A stretch of 64,000 bases of DNA from Octopus vulgaris (taxonomy: Eukaryota), in contig OX597829.1 in the NCBI GenBank assembly GCA_951406725.2, positions 31,310,001 through 31,374,000 of the forward strand, in the 5' to 3' direction. Below the pieces are notes generated by a model. It searched no databases. It was not told the origin of the DNA and was given only the letters and a program-made list of their open reading frames with translations. The translations under genes and the position numbers were made by a program. Positions 41,428 to 55,213 of the stretch are shown here, piece after piece (positions within the stretch are counted from its first letter, which is position 1; every line of letters begins with the position of its first letter).

Positions 41428-41705
41428 TGTATGTATGTATGTATGTATGTATGTATGTATGTGCGAGTGCATGTGTTTGTGTATGCATGTGTCTTTATGT
41501 TTGTGTTTGTCTCCTGCCATCGCTTGGCAACTGGTGCTGGTTTGTTGCCAAGTGCCTGTGACTTAGCAATCCGGCAAAAGAAACTGATACAATGAGTACC
41601 AGGCTTAAAAAACAAAAAAAGTACTGCTTTCGATTCATTCGACTAATAATACTTCAAGACGATGCTCCAGCATGTCCGCAGTCTAATGATTGAAACCCGT
41701 AAACG
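40775..41705. mobile_element. Nested SINE family B: a + copy (40775-40935 and 41480-41705) split by a young - copy (40980-41378)
   Basis: Head and tail of the older copy flank an intact inverted copy inserted in its internal microsatellite. Confidence 0.85.
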
Positions 41706-41734
41706 ATATATATATATATCGATTAACCATTTTA

Positions 41735-42795
41735 AGGTTGCAAATGATGTCGCTACGACAGAATAAAGGCAAGACTACAGGAGAACGATACCTTAAAAGC
41801 GGAAAGAGTGTTACGACATAAGACCAGTACAAAAAAGTCGGAAGACAAATAAAGTGTTGCAGGAAAAACAGAAGAAATATCGAGATGTTGACCCATGTAT
41901 GGCATGTGGTGGGATGCACCTGAAAAAAGATTGTCCGTATAAAAAAGCAAATTGTGTTTTTGCTGCGGGTCTACAGGACATATGAAATCGTACTGCAAAA
42001 CTAAAATGATAGGGAAATGGAGCAAACAGGAGTGGCTGTGTGGTAAGCAGCTTGTTTACCAGCCACATGGTTCCGGGTTCAGTCCCTCTGCGTGGCACCT
42101 TGGGCAAGTGTCTTCTGCTATAGCCTCGGGCCGACCAAAGCCTTGTGAGTGGATTTGGTAGATGGAAACTGAAAGAAGCCCGTCGTATATATGTATATAT
42201 ATATATATATGTGCATCTATGTTTGTGTGTCTGTGTTTGTCCCCCTAGCATTGCTTGACAACCGATGCTGGTGTGTTTATGTCCCCGTTACTTAGCGGTT
42301 CGGTTAAAGAGACCGATAGAATAAGTACTGGGCTTACAAAGAATAAGTCCCGGGGTCGAGTTGCTCGATTCAAGGTGGTGCTCCAGCATGGCCGCAGTCA
42401 AATGACTGAAACAAGTAAAAGAGTAAAAGAGTAAAAGAGTAAAGAGTAAACAAGAAAAAGTGAATAGCTTGTCAGCAGGAAATGTTATGACTACAACAAA
42501 CAAAAACTTTGTGAATGTGAAAATTCAGATTGCAATTAGACACAGGAAGTGATATCACGATCATAAATATGAAAGCTTGGGAACAAATGAGTAAACCAAA
42601 ATTATGTTCGTTCAAACAAAATAGCGTATGGTGTTACGGGAAGAAAATTATATTTCACGGGCGAACGTGTTTGTAGTATTATGTTCAAAGGTCAAACCCC
42701 AAAAGTGAATGTTTATGTATTGAAAAATTCCATGAATTTATTTGGCACCGAATGTACGGAGAAATTTAATTTATGGGATACACCCATAAGTGTGT
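41735..42795 (+). mobile_element. Gypsy (Mag/K02A2.6-like) gag-protease remnant
   Basis: Two zinc knuckles (CMACGGMHLKKDC; CFCCGSTGHMKSYC) and an aspartic protease (LQLDTGSDITII...NLFGTE); frameshifted and SINE-interrupted. Confidence 0.88.
42028..42448 (+). mobile_element. Young full-length SINE family B
   Basis: GGAGTGGCTGTGTGGTAAG head, GGTTCAGTCCC B-box, CORE-like CACCTTGGGCAAGTG, (GAGTAAAA)n tail. Confidence 0.93.
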
Positions 42796-43244
42796 AGTGT
42801 ATTTATAATCCATGTAAATAAATCCCTTTTTAATCATGAAACAATTTATGTATTTATTTATACACACTAGCACTTCCTTCTCTAAGCTTAGAAGTGCTTT
42901 GTGCAATAATGTAAACGGAGCAGTCAAACGACCAAACGAGACTAATGAACTGAAACAAAAAAGTGATGTGAAACATCGTGCATGAACTACAAGTAACTTT
43001 GGAAGAAATAAAGAGAAATGCGAGAAATGGCAAATTTATTAATGAGACAAAAAGAAAATCGTGGTTGACAAAAGGAAATGAAGAAAGGTCTGATGCAATG
43101 ATGCAAAGAAGCAGAAAGAGTCGTGGAAAAGTAACCAACAAGAGTAGAAATACCGATGGATTGGCAATAAGACACTTTTCAGGTTCCAGCACCATTACAA
43201 GAAGTCGAAAGCACACATATAAGGAAAAGAAGAATAGATATTGA

Positions 43245-43303
<59 letters not shown>

Positions 43304-43464
43304 AAAATACATATAAATTTGACATGGGCGATTCTTTCTTGTCTTGGAATTCACGGTCAAACGGCTGGGTGGAATTGCGCGAAAAATTACACAGATGTGT
43401 AGAATGATCTGGTGGTGATGCTGGGCTTTGTATTTTTTCATAGCTCCCATGGTTACTGAAATAA

Positions 43465-43945
43465 TCTACTATAATAATATGCCTGTGTTTATGAATGAGG
43501 AAGGAAGGGGTGATAGATAAGAAAGGAAAGGGTGATGTCATACTTAGTAGTGGGATGATGAAAATTGTACGCTGAAAAAATAATTCAAACAGCGTTTCAA
43601 CTCTGTGTGAATATATGTGTATGTATGTAAAAGGGGGCTATGCGAATGTGTGTGTGTGTGTGTGCGTGTGTGTTTGCTTGTGTGTGTGTCTGCCTGTGTG
43701 CGCGCAATGGAAGTAGGATGGTTCATCTTTGTTCGCTTAGTATTTGGGCTTCTTTTTTTGATTTGGTTGAATCTTGGTTGCTTTTTATTTTGTTGGTCAG
43801 TTAATTTTAGCGATTTGACAAGAAAACGTCATTCTAAAATTGTTTTTTAACGTAAGCGTGCCCAAACATGTCGAATGCTTACACAGAGCAGGTATTACAG
43901 CCACATCATCCAAACTGACCGGGTGAAACCGGGCTTAGCTGCTAG
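43465..43945 (+). mobile_element. Non-autonomous Helitron
   Basis: A|TCTACTATAATAA 5' end; subterminal hairpin CCGG-GTGAAA-CCGG; CTAG|T 3' end. Confidence 0.7.
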
Positions 43946-43989
43946 TATATATATATAAGGAGGAAGTAGGGTGAATAAAAGAAACTGAT

Positions 43990-44565
<576 letters not shown>

Positions 44566-44603
44566 CCTATGATTGTTAATAAAAAAAAAATTAAAAGTGG
44601 AGA

Positions 44604-44914
44604 TGTTATATAGTGAAACTGTACACCGCTCCCGATAAAAAGTGGTAATAACCAGCCATTATAGATAGACCAGCAGTCGGTCGACAAGAGAACGTCGAGA
44701 GTACGTGTAGACTGTGTTGATAGTCGTGTCTGTGCTGATATAGTAATTATACTGTGATACTGAGTGGACGTTATAACGATCCAACTTTTTGAGGATGATA
44801 ACAGTGCCAGATAGAAACATCCCATCGACGACTTCGGAATATAACAAGACCTGTCAGAGCGATAACCGTCGTCAAAAGACAGATATAAAAGTGGCAAAAT
44901 CACGCTTTACAACA
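44604..44914 (+). mobile_element. LTR (311 bp) preceded by a polypurine tract, probably a 3' LTR
   Basis: TGTTATA...TACAACA termini; AAAAGTGGAGA immediately upstream; no matching TSD, as expected for a non-solo LTR. Confidence 0.65.
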
Positions 44915-45248
44915 GTATGTATGTATGTATGTATGTATGTATGTATGTATGTATGTATGTATGTATGTATGTATGCATGTATGTATGTATGTATGTATGT
45001 ATGCATGTATGCATGCATGTGTGTACGTATGTATATAGTATATATATATATTGTAAATATATATGTATGTATATTGCATATATGTATGTATATGTATGAG
45101 TATATACTCAATACATTATTATATGTATATATGAATGTACATATATTATGTGTGTGTGTGTATATGTATGTATAGATACTATATATATGTATTATGTGTA
45201 TATATGTATGTATTTATATTATATATGCGTGTGTATATATTATATGTG

Positions 45249-45293
<45 letters not shown>

Positions 45294-45708
45294 CATATAT
45301 AATACATACACATACATACCTACATACACACACACGCACACATATATGTATATATATATATATGTATATTGCAATCTTGTATACCTTCATCCGGTGTAAT
45401 ACACCATAAAAATACCAATTGTAAAAATTGTAAAGATAAGCCAAAAATTCGAACCATGTATGTCATGCACAAGTTTCTCAGTCGATATGCCACAAAAAAA
45501 AAAATTAATATTCATAAGTAGCAACGAAGAAAGACCGACTGAGAATTTTAGGTGTTATATGAAATTCATTGCATATTTGCGTATCCATATTTTCAACAAC
45601 ACACATTTTCTTGCAATCTCATTCTGCACGACAAATAAGAATTGTGTCACCTTAAGCAAACCATGTAGCTTGTTGCTTAATTAAAAAAAAGACTTACGTT
45701 TTGTAATA

Positions 45709-46451
45709 CAGTGATCCCTCGTTTATCGCGGTAGATTGGTTCCGAGACCGGCCGCGATAACTGAATTTCCGCGAAGTAGGGACACCATATTTACAGTATT
45801 TATTTAACGTGTATTTTGACTTTTAAACCCCTCCCCGTACAACCCACCCATTACAGTAGTCTATTAATAACAAGGACAACTGTTAAGCAATAACACTTTA
45901 GATTAAAAAAAAAAAAAAAGATTGTTACTCTACTCAACACGAAAGAAGTTGAAGTAAAATTTGGATGATGATGGTGATGAATTTGCTGCGCAGTAGAAAT
46001 GATGATGATGAAGCTGACGGCGGTGCCCTTTCCTGGGACACCTCTTCCACTTCCAAAGGTGCAGCCGTTGTAGTAGCAGCAGGAACTGGCTCTTTTTTGC
46101 GAGGCTGCAAGAACATTGTGATAAGAAGTTGCTGCCGCTGCTTCATTTTCCGTTCAAAGAGCATCTTGTAGGGATTCATGACTTTGTTGACCTTGTTGCA
46201 AAATTGCACAGAATGAACCATATCGTCGTCCCATTCCTGTGACCCTTCTTTCAATTCTTTGGCCAGGTTGCAGAGCTTGGCCAGCCATTCCAAAGTCAAG
46301 CCAGTTTGGTCGACAACTTTATCTGTTTCTTGATGCGTTTCTTCTTTGGATTTAAGGAAAAATTTTAGGTGTTCATACATATATATATTTTTTAAATCCG
46401 CGAAGTCGTGAATCTGCGATAGTTGAACCGCGAAGTAGCGAGGGATCACTG
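45709..46451 (-). mobile_element. pogo/Tigger-like internally deleted element
   Basis: TIRs CAGTGATCCCTCG...CGAGGGATCACTG, TA TSD, Tigger-type C-terminus GLTLEWLAKL...PYKMLFERKMKQRQQLLITMF. Confidence 0.9.
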
Positions 46452-46594
46452 TATTGTGAATTTTTTATCTGCGGGCAAATGTTGTGGCGGTGTAGGTAGA
46501 GAAGCAGGCATAGCCGTATGGCATTAATAATCTTGAAGTCTTGTGTTTCATTCGACAACGTAGCTTTTTGTGGTAGGGTTTATTTATGCTTTTT

Positions 46595-46803
46595 CTTTTA
46601 TTCTTTTAATTGTTTCAGTCATTTGACTTCGGCCGCGCTGGAGCATCGCCTCGAAAGGTTTTTGGTCGAACAAATCGATCCCAGGACTTATTCTTAGTAA
46701 ATCTACTACTTATTCTATCGGGCTCTTTCGCCGAACCGGGGACCTAAACACAACACACCAACACTTGTTGTCAAGTGATGATGGGTGAACAAACACTGAC
46801 ACG

Positions 46804-46894
<91 letters not shown>

Positions 46895-46978
46895 CACGGG
46901 CTTCTTTCAGGTTCCATCTACCAAACCCACTCACAAGGTTGGCCCAAGGCTATAGTAGAAGGTGCCACACAGTGGGAT
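46595..46978 (-). mobile_element. SINE family B (head truncated)
   Basis: Tail, (CA)n and body recognisable. Confidence 0.85.
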
Positions 46979-46987
46979 TAAAAAAGC

Positions 46988-47400
46988 AAAGTACCAGTTG
47001 CGCACTGGGGTTGATATAATCGACTTGATCAGTTTGTGTGTCCTTGATTGTCCTCTCTGTGTTTAGCCCCTTGTGGGTAGTAAAGAAATAGGTATTTTGT
47101 CTGCCGTTACGTTCTGAGTTCAAATTTCGCCGAGATCGACTTTGCTTTTTATCCTTTCGGGGTCGATTAAATAAGTACCAGTTACGCACTGGTCGATATA
47201 ATCGACTTAATCTGTTTGTCTGTCCTTGTTTGTCCCCTCTATGTTTAGCCCCTTGTGGGCAATAAAAAAATAAGAAAAGTACCAATATTTGATCGGGGGA
47301 TTGGCAGAACTGTAAGAACGTCGGGCCAGGTGCCTAGCAGCATTTGTTCCAGCTTTTTGTGTTCTGAATTCAAATCCTACCATAGATTACTTTTACGTTT
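46988..47400 (+). mobile_element. Tandem SINE family A pieces (tail, body+tail, head)
   Basis: aagtaccagtt...gtttagccccttgtggg occurs twice; a further - strand remnant lies at 47650-47760. Confidence 0.85.
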
Positions 47401-48379
47401 AGTACATGGTGGTAGTAGCGGAAAATTTTAGCGGAAACCCTTCTGTTGTAAGCATGCGGGCCGGATCCCTTACATATGGATGGATGCATACATATGCACA
47501 AACACGTGTGCATATATGCGCACCAACCTCTTCACATGTAGTTGGTATCCCACGTTTTGGTATGGATTTAGGAATTGAATGCACATTGCATGTTTGCACA
47601 GAAAGCCAGTCAAGGAATTCTAAACCTCAACCCTCTCCAATTATTCTTTTTACTGACCCCGGAAGTATGAAAACAAAAACCAGCTTCAGCGAGATTTGAA
47701 CCGAGAATATAAAGAGTAATGTGTTGTTCGATGTTCTAATGATTCTGCCACGTCACTGCCCTGAATACATAGGAATTCATATGGAATGTTGTTTAATATG
47801 TGCGAAGCACAAACATAATACGATATTTTTATCTAGATTGTCACAACTTGATAGTAAACATAATGTCAAAATGGGAATAGTGTAGAGAGATGTCATGGCT
47901 ATTGACTAAATAGCCATAAATTATGATTGTATTGACACAATCTGTAAATAAAGAAAATATTTAGGCCCAGCCTAATTTTGGTAACTTGATAATAGGAGAA
48001 TAGAAGAGTATGTAGGTGGTGACTTGAGAAATAGACAGTGTATAGGTGTTGATTGAACACACACACACACACACTGAGGTTTTTAAACGTATACAGACAC
48101 AGTGTGTGAATAGATGTTGACTGAATAAAAAGAGATTGTGAATATAAAATGACAGTGAGCTTGTAAGATACAGTGTAAAAAGAAAGGGTAGAATTGATCA
48201 GATATTACTGATACCTAGTGTGTAATTGTCGTTGATTGGGTATGTTATAGATATTAATAGTTTAGGTAATCACAGTGAATAGCTGTTGACTGGAAAGCTA
48301 GAAGAGTGTGTGTAAGATATTGATGGGAAAGAGATACGTAGTGCATAGTTGTTGACTGGATAGATAAACAGTATGTAAA

Positions 48380-48521
48380 TATCTATCGGATGGATAGATA
48401 GATAGATATATAAGACAGACAGACGGACAAATATGTAGGTAGATAAAGAAAGAGAAAGAAAGAGAGAGGCAGAAGGAGAGAGAGAGACAGACAGAAACAG
48501 AGAGACAGATAGATAGATAGT

Positions 48522-48561
<40 letters not shown>

Positions 48562-48594
48562 TAGATAGACAGATAGACAGACAGATAGATAGAC

Positions 48595-48657
<63 letters not shown>

Positions 48658-48724
48658 GAGAGAGAGGCGGAGAGAGAGATAGACAAATAGATACATAGAT
48701 AAATAGATAAACAGAGACAGAGAG

Positions 48725-48779
<55 letters not shown>

Positions 48780-49017
48780 GACAAACAAATAGATAGATGG
48801 ATAGATAGATAGAGAGAGAAAGAGCGAGAGAGAGGCAGACAGACAAATACATAGATAAATAGATAGAGAGAGGGGGAGAGAAAAAGTGTTTGAGAGAGAG
48901 AAAGAGAGAGAGGCAGAGTGTTTGAGGCAACACGCAAATAGACAGACACACAGACAAACAGACAAACAGGCAGGCAGATAGATACAGAGACAGACAGACA
49001 GACAGAGAGACAGACAT

Positions 49018-49077
<60 letters not shown>

Positions 49078-49100
49078 GGATAGATAGATAGATAGATAGA
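48380..49100. repeat. (GATA)/(GACA)/(GA) compound microsatellite
   Basis: Direct inspection; same-strand arrays at 53490-54080, 54865-55212, 60666-60975 and 63737-64000. Confidence 0.97.
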
Positions 49101-49393
49101 TTTCTTTATAAGCCACACAGGACTCGACACAGAGGGGTCAATACAATGTAGAGTTTTTCTTTTCAAGGTGGGGCGAAAACAAACAAAAAAACAAATAGGG
49201 ACAACGATCAAAAGGGATCGAAATCGTTTGGGATGTAAAAAAAATCGAAATGGTAGTATAAAAACAGAGTTTCCAAATGTGGGGAAGCATAACCGAGGAA
49301 AGAAAAACCTACGAAAAGACCACGGTAACCACGGGCAATATACGAGAAAACACATTAGAGTAAGTTACTCTCTTTTTCCTTTCTTTTTGGGTT

Positions 49394-51614
49394 CATAGGA
49401 TTATGCTCAAGGTGGCTCCGTCATTCACACGTGCCATCGTTGCTACATTCACCCATCTTTTATTGAAACATTCACTAGACAAAACTTCCCTCTCTATTCT
49501 CACCTTCCTTTTTTTGCTCCCGTCACCAGTTCGTAGTCTTTCAGTGTCTCACCGACCAGCTCGTGGCTAGACACTATGACGGTGACGTCGTCCGTGTATG
49601 CGGACATGCTCGTCCCGCACCCCAGTTTTCGCGGGATGCCTCTCAGCGTCGCCAGCTTCCTAAGCAGTGGCTCGCTAGTCAAAGAAGCGACGAGAGGGGA
49701 CATCCCTGACGGACCGAACGTGCAATGTCAAAAGGTCTCGATAGATGCTCATTCGCGCGAATTACCGAACGGATGCCTCTGTACAAAGCAGCCATCCAGC
49801 CGCGGAAGATGGGACTGAAACCGGCCACTATTAGAACAGCCTCTAAGTATCGATGGTCTACCCTATCGAAAGCTTTGGATTGATCCAAATTGATCAGCGC
49901 CTCACCCACTCCAGGTTCCTTAACTATACTGTCTATGATGTAGCGCATCGGATGGAGGTTATCATGGATGCTCCGGCCCGGCACACGTTTGCGCCTTGTC
50001 GACCAGTTTCCCGATAACAAGCGCCAACCTCTTGGCTAACACCTTGGCCAAAATTTTCAAATCTGCATTGAGCAGAGTGATGAGCCTAAAATTATCTATC
50101 ACGTCTCCCTTGTATGGATCTTTCCTCAGCAGCGTTACGGCACCTTGGCTCACGAAACTGGGGATGCTTCCGTTTTGCTGCCAGTTGCAGTACACTGCTG
50201 CCAAGACGTCTCCAAACAAATCCGGCATTCAACTGTAGGGCAGACCATCCAAACCCGGCGATTTGTCCATTGAGTATCCTGCCATCGCATCCCGCACTTC
50301 CGCCGCCGTGATGACACCTTCGCAACCTTCTGCCTCTCTTGCCGTGTAGGTAGGCACTGAAGTTCACCTTGCGTTCTTGCTCGCCACTCGTCCCGAACAG
50401 TCGGGCAAAATGCTGCTGAAATGCCTCACACATCTTGCTGGGTTCCAGCAATTCACGCCCTTGTTCATCTACCAGAGACCGAATGGTGCTTTGTTGCACT
50501 GTTGCGCCACCGCCACCCGGGTCTCTCGTGCGGCTCCAACACCTTCGTTCCTTAGAGTACGCATCCTATCTCTGACAACACACCCTTCGTGTTTGGCGTT
50601 GAAGTGTTGGTCGAGGGCCAACCTTGCCGCCAAAACGTCGGATGCAATGCCACCTCTAAGCGCCTCTTCTAGCTTCTTAACGAGCTCACCCTCTGCTCTG
50701 TTTCTATCCATGGTTGGTGCTTTGCTATACCTAATTGCTTCTGCTTTTATTGCTCTCTTGAGGGCAAACCACCATTTGTTGTTGATGATGGGTCCCGTCA
50801 AAGCCCTCTTTACTAGCGTGCTAATTCGGTCTCTGAAAACTTGTCTCGACGGTATAGACGCGTTTAGTTTCCAGTGACCCAGGCCCTGCCTATGTGCCTT
50901 ATCTAAGTCTAGCGTACACGTCACAAGTTTGTGATCGTGTAGCTGACTATGTGGAATTGTGGACATCCTAAGCTATTCCTATCTACTGGCCAACACAGTA
51001 TTCTATCTAGATACGATCTCGACGACCCAATGCGGTTGCTCAATGTCTACGTTGGCGCATTTGGGTGGTCGAGTCGGTACCTGTCAGACAGTTGAAAGCG
51101 TCTGAGCAGGTCACTGAGGCATTTGCATCCCCGTCGTCTATTCCTATCTCTGCCCACGTAGTCTAGATGCGTGTCCAAGGTAGCATTCCTATCCCCCACT
51201 AAAAGTAAAGGACGAGACGTTCCTAGGAATACTTCTAGACGTCGAAAGAAATCCAGCCGACCTGTTAAAGGCGGTGCATAGACGGATAGGAGTCGAAAAG
51301 CACACCCATCGCTGCCGTCGACATCTGGGACTACTAGTCTACCCTCCGGGTCTACGAATATTGCCTTTACTTCGAGATCCAGACTTTTGCAAAAAAGTAC
51401 CGCAGTGCCACTACCGCCCATCCTGGGCAGACAGGGAGAAAAATAAATCTTAAACTGTCCGTCAAACATGGACTTTAGGGCCTATGGTTCATGGAGTCTG
51501 GTTTCACTTATGGCTATGATTCCTAAATCGTGTGACTTTTTGTCATTTAAGAGGTACCCTTGTTTCCAAAGGGGACCCCAAGCTACGCGCATTAACGCAA
51601 CCCATCTTGACCAT
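49394..51614 (-). pseudogene. Tx1-clade ORF2 (APE endonuclease-reverse transcriptase), frameshifted
   Basis: Starts MVKMGCVNARSL; several frameshifts; deletion between GAK and KVRIER near 49510 relative to the copy at 61-63 kb. Confidence 0.88.
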
Positions 51615-51699
51615 GATCCTATTGAGTTGTGTGCTTCAAAACACAAACGAAAGCAACACTGTTGCTTACCGTTCGAAATTTTTGTCTCCTTTGATTTTT

Positions 51700-53272
51700 C
51701 ATCAAGGAGGTTATTGTAAAGTTTTTTTCGATGAGTATTTTTGACATCCCTACTGCATTGGGGTAGAGGGGTTTTAGTGTGTGGTGCAAAGTCGGTGTGA
51801 CGTGCAAAATTTTAATGTGTTCTGGTGGTGTTGTGTGTGGGTGGTGACTTGCTTTTATGTCATCTTCTGCTAGGTTTGTTTTTTACTTGATGTATTCCAT
51901 GACATCTGTGCTTTTTGTGTTTATGGCTGTGAGCATCGTTTTCATGGTGTTGGTGTTGATGTTGCTTGTGTTGGAGTTCAAAATGTCTTCGGGAGGTGTG
52001 TATCTCCCTGCATTGTGCTTGCTTTCGTTCTTTTTGTGCTCCTCTCCGTCCTTCCTTTTCTGGCTATTTGCCATTCCTCACTGCTTTCGTCTTCCGACGA
52101 AATTTCTGCGGAATCAGAAGTGGGTAAGGGCATATTGTAAGCGTCTATGTATGTTTGTGTAAGTGGTTGTGTTGTTGTTTTCTTTGGCGTTGGTGGTTGA
52201 TTGTTTGTGTGAGGTGTATGTGATATAGGGGAGGGGGAATCAGTTTTAGTATTTTCTTTTGGTTTTCCTGTACCTTTAGTTCTTGCTGTTGTTGGTGGTG
52301 TTTTTTCAGGTGCTGTTTTATTTTCGATTGTTGGTGTTGATGGGTTTGTTTGGTGTGTTTCTTTTGTCGTCTTCTATGTTGATGGTGGTGTGGGTAGTAA
52401 AGCCTTTTCTCAGATTTTGGTTGTTGATGTTGTTTTTTGTGGCAGTCGGACAATAACTTTTTAAATGTGTATCGCTGTTGCACAGATAACAGCGTGACCG
52501 CCTGCCCTCCACCACTACATACAACTTGTATTCTTCTGTCAATTCAATGGATGTTGGTACTTTATTGATTGATAGCTGATCAATTTGCAGAAAGATTTCA
52601 AGAGTCTTTCCAACCCATTTTTGTTGTTCTGAGACAGCAATTTCTAAAATGTTAGTTTCCTCCATTTCGAAGCAGATGGCAGATAATAGCCATTGTGTCT
52701 CTGCTTCTGGAGGCACATTTTTTGTTACTCTCTGACCAAGATAAGTTGGTATCATCACTAACTCATCCATGTGGAGAGTCAGTGTTGAAAACCGTTTGGC
52801 TAGATTTTCATTGAGGAATCGCGCTTGAACTGTGCCAAATTAATGCCACCAATTAACATATTCCTTGAGTGCCCATACAGGACGAAGGCATTTTTCAATT
52901 TTTTGATGTGGTGCATTTTCAGTTTTTTTTTGTTTTTTGTACTTAGTATTTTATAAATGATTGTTCTTTTTTGGGTTTGTTCTGGTGGAGGTGGTGGTGG
53001 TAGTGGTAGTGTTGGTAGCAGAGGTGCTAGTTGTAGCAGTTGAAGTTGTAGTAGTGGTGTTGGTGTTGGCGGTACTGTCTTTGGTGGAGGTCACGGTGGA
53101 CGGCTTTGTAATGATTTCATTGTTGTTGTTGTTATTGTTGTTGTTGTTGGTGGTGGTGGTAGCAGTGGTAGTCTTGGTGGTGGGTGACAAGGATGTTAAC
53201 AGTATCAATGACGTTCACAGCGTTCATTTTCACGTCTCTCAGATTTGCCTTTGATTTATTTGTATTTTTCAT
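51700..53272 (-). pseudogene. Tx1-clade ORF1 (Thr/Asn-rich N-terminus, RRM-like region, zinc knuckle), frameshifted
   Basis: ORF pieces 52951-53208, 52318-52770 and 51883-52074 are colinear upstream of ORF2. Confidence 0.7.
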
Positions 53273-53543
53273 GTCTGTAGTTGTATTCGAGTGTGTGTGT
53301 GTGTACAAGAAGTTATTCTTTTCCTCTCCTAGTGTTTCAAGGTTGGGGGAATGCTGGTCTATGAACGAATTTAACTAGCGTTCCACTATGAAATTTCTCA
53401 ACATTTTTCAAAGTTGAGAAGAGAAGAGAAATTTAAAGAGGGTTGAAACTGCCACTAGGGGTCAATTCCTCCCTTGAAAACACTCTCAAACAGACAGATA
53501 GATAGACAGACATACAAACAGACAGACAAACAGATAGATAGAC

Positions 53544-53611
<68 letters not shown>

Positions 53612-53621
53612 GGATAGATTG

Positions 53622-53681
<60 letters not shown>

Positions 53682-53715
53682 AAGATAGATAGATAGAAAG
53701 ATGGATAGATAGATG

Positions 53716-53748
<33 letters not shown>

Positions 53749-53778
53749 GTAGGTAGGTAGGTAGTTATGTAGTTAGGG

Positions 53779-53827
<49 letters not shown>

Positions 53828-53921
53828 TGTATGTATGTATGTATGTATGCATGTATGTATGTATGTAGGTAGGCAGGTAGTTATGTAGTTAGGTAGATAG
53901 ATTGATAGATAGGTAGATAGG

Positions 53922-53966
<45 letters not shown>

Positions 53967-54077
53967 CGAGAGAAAGAGAGAGAGAGAGAGAGATAGAGAG
54001 AGAAAGAAATTGAGGGGGAGAGGCAGAGCCAGGGCGAGTGACAGAGAGACAAATAGAGACAGAGGTAGATAGATTGA

Positions 54078-54861
54078 TAGATATGTTTCTTTATTAGCAC
54101 ACAGGGCTGCACACAGATAGAACAAATTACAAGGTAGAGCTTTTCTTTTGAAGGTTTACAAAAAAAAAAAAAAGGAAGGGGGGAGTTTCGATCAAAAGGG
54201 ATCGTAAAAGAAGAGAAAGAGGACAAAAAAAAGGGGGGTTAAAAAAAGGGGGAGAGGAAAAAAAAATTGATCAATAGGGATCGTTATCACAGAAATGTCA
54301 ATATGAAGTGTAAAGGGGAGGACAGGTGAGGTTTACCCGTGGAAAGAAAAGCCTACGGAAAAGACCACGGTAACCTCGGTCAATGAAGTCACATGTTATA
54401 TTTCTTTTTTTTTTTTTTTGCGAATAAGCAACTCTCTGTTTTCAATTTCTGGGTTCATAGGATTATGCTCAAGGTGGCTTCGTCATTCATACGTGCCATT
54501 CTTGCTACATTCACCCATCTTTTTTTAAAACATTCGCTAGACAAAACTTGCCTCTCTACTCTCACTTTCCTTTTCAAGTGGTACTTGAAGAAGTTGATGA
54601 GAGATTGACCAGAGAGGAAAGTGTTTGTCTCCAATCCTTTCAGACGCGTCCACCAGATACATTCTTTCGCCATAGCCACAAGGATGATGAAAATAGCTCT
54701 TCGTTCCCGTTTGAAGGAAGGAGGCGTGACAATATTGACGATAGACTCAGCTGATAAACCGACTCGTCCCACACGTGACAGCAGTTGTTTGACATAAGCC
54801 CACAGGTCGGAAATTGTTGGACACTGCACGGTGCTAGCCAAGAGGTTGACGCTTGTCATCG

Positions 54862-54864
<3 letters not shown>
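54078..54864 (-). mobile_element. Tx1-clade LINE, 5'-truncated with a 35-bp inverted 5' piece, in (GATA)n
   Basis: C-terminus VQCPTISDLW...NDEATLSIIL; 54830-54864 matches an upstream RT segment in the opposite orientation. Confidence 0.92.
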
Positions 54865-54923
<59 letters not shown>

Positions 54924-54925
54924 TT

Positions 54926-54974
<49 letters not shown>

Positions 54975-55213
54975 GGCAGTGAGAGTTACACAGACAGACA
55001 GACAGACAGACAGACAGAGGCAGTGAGAGTTACACAGACAGACAGACAAATAGATAGATAAATAGATAGAGAGTGAGGCAGTGAGAGAGACACAGATAGA
55101 CAGATAAATATTGAGAGAGAGAGAGACGCTGAGAGGCTGAGAGTGAGAAATAGACAGACAAATAGAGAGAGAAAGAGAGAGAGAGAAGAGGCAGAGGGAC
55201 AGACAGATAGATA

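Larger units (their letters stand above)
49099..53490 (-). mobile_element. Tx1-clade LINE with 5' end, ORF1 and internally deleted ORF2, embedded in (GATA/GACA)n
   Basis: ORF1 remnant with CCHC knuckle CYLCNSDTHLKSYC; ORF2 APE (VNARSL, ISETR, SVYAP, GDRNA, DHKLV) and RT (NFRLITLLNADLKILAK, LDQSKAFDRV, SVRQGCPLS, AYTDD); 3'UTR with AATAAA-like end. Confidence 0.93.

Noticed and set aside
45934-46449. Domesticated TIGD-like gene
   Set aside because: The ORF starts within the TIR, lacks DNA-binding and DDE domains, and lies in a TA-flanked deleted element.
48270-49355. 361-aa and 272-aa ORFs (and many YVCM, HTHT, IYIY ORFs elsewhere)
   Set aside because: Translations of stop-free microsatellites.
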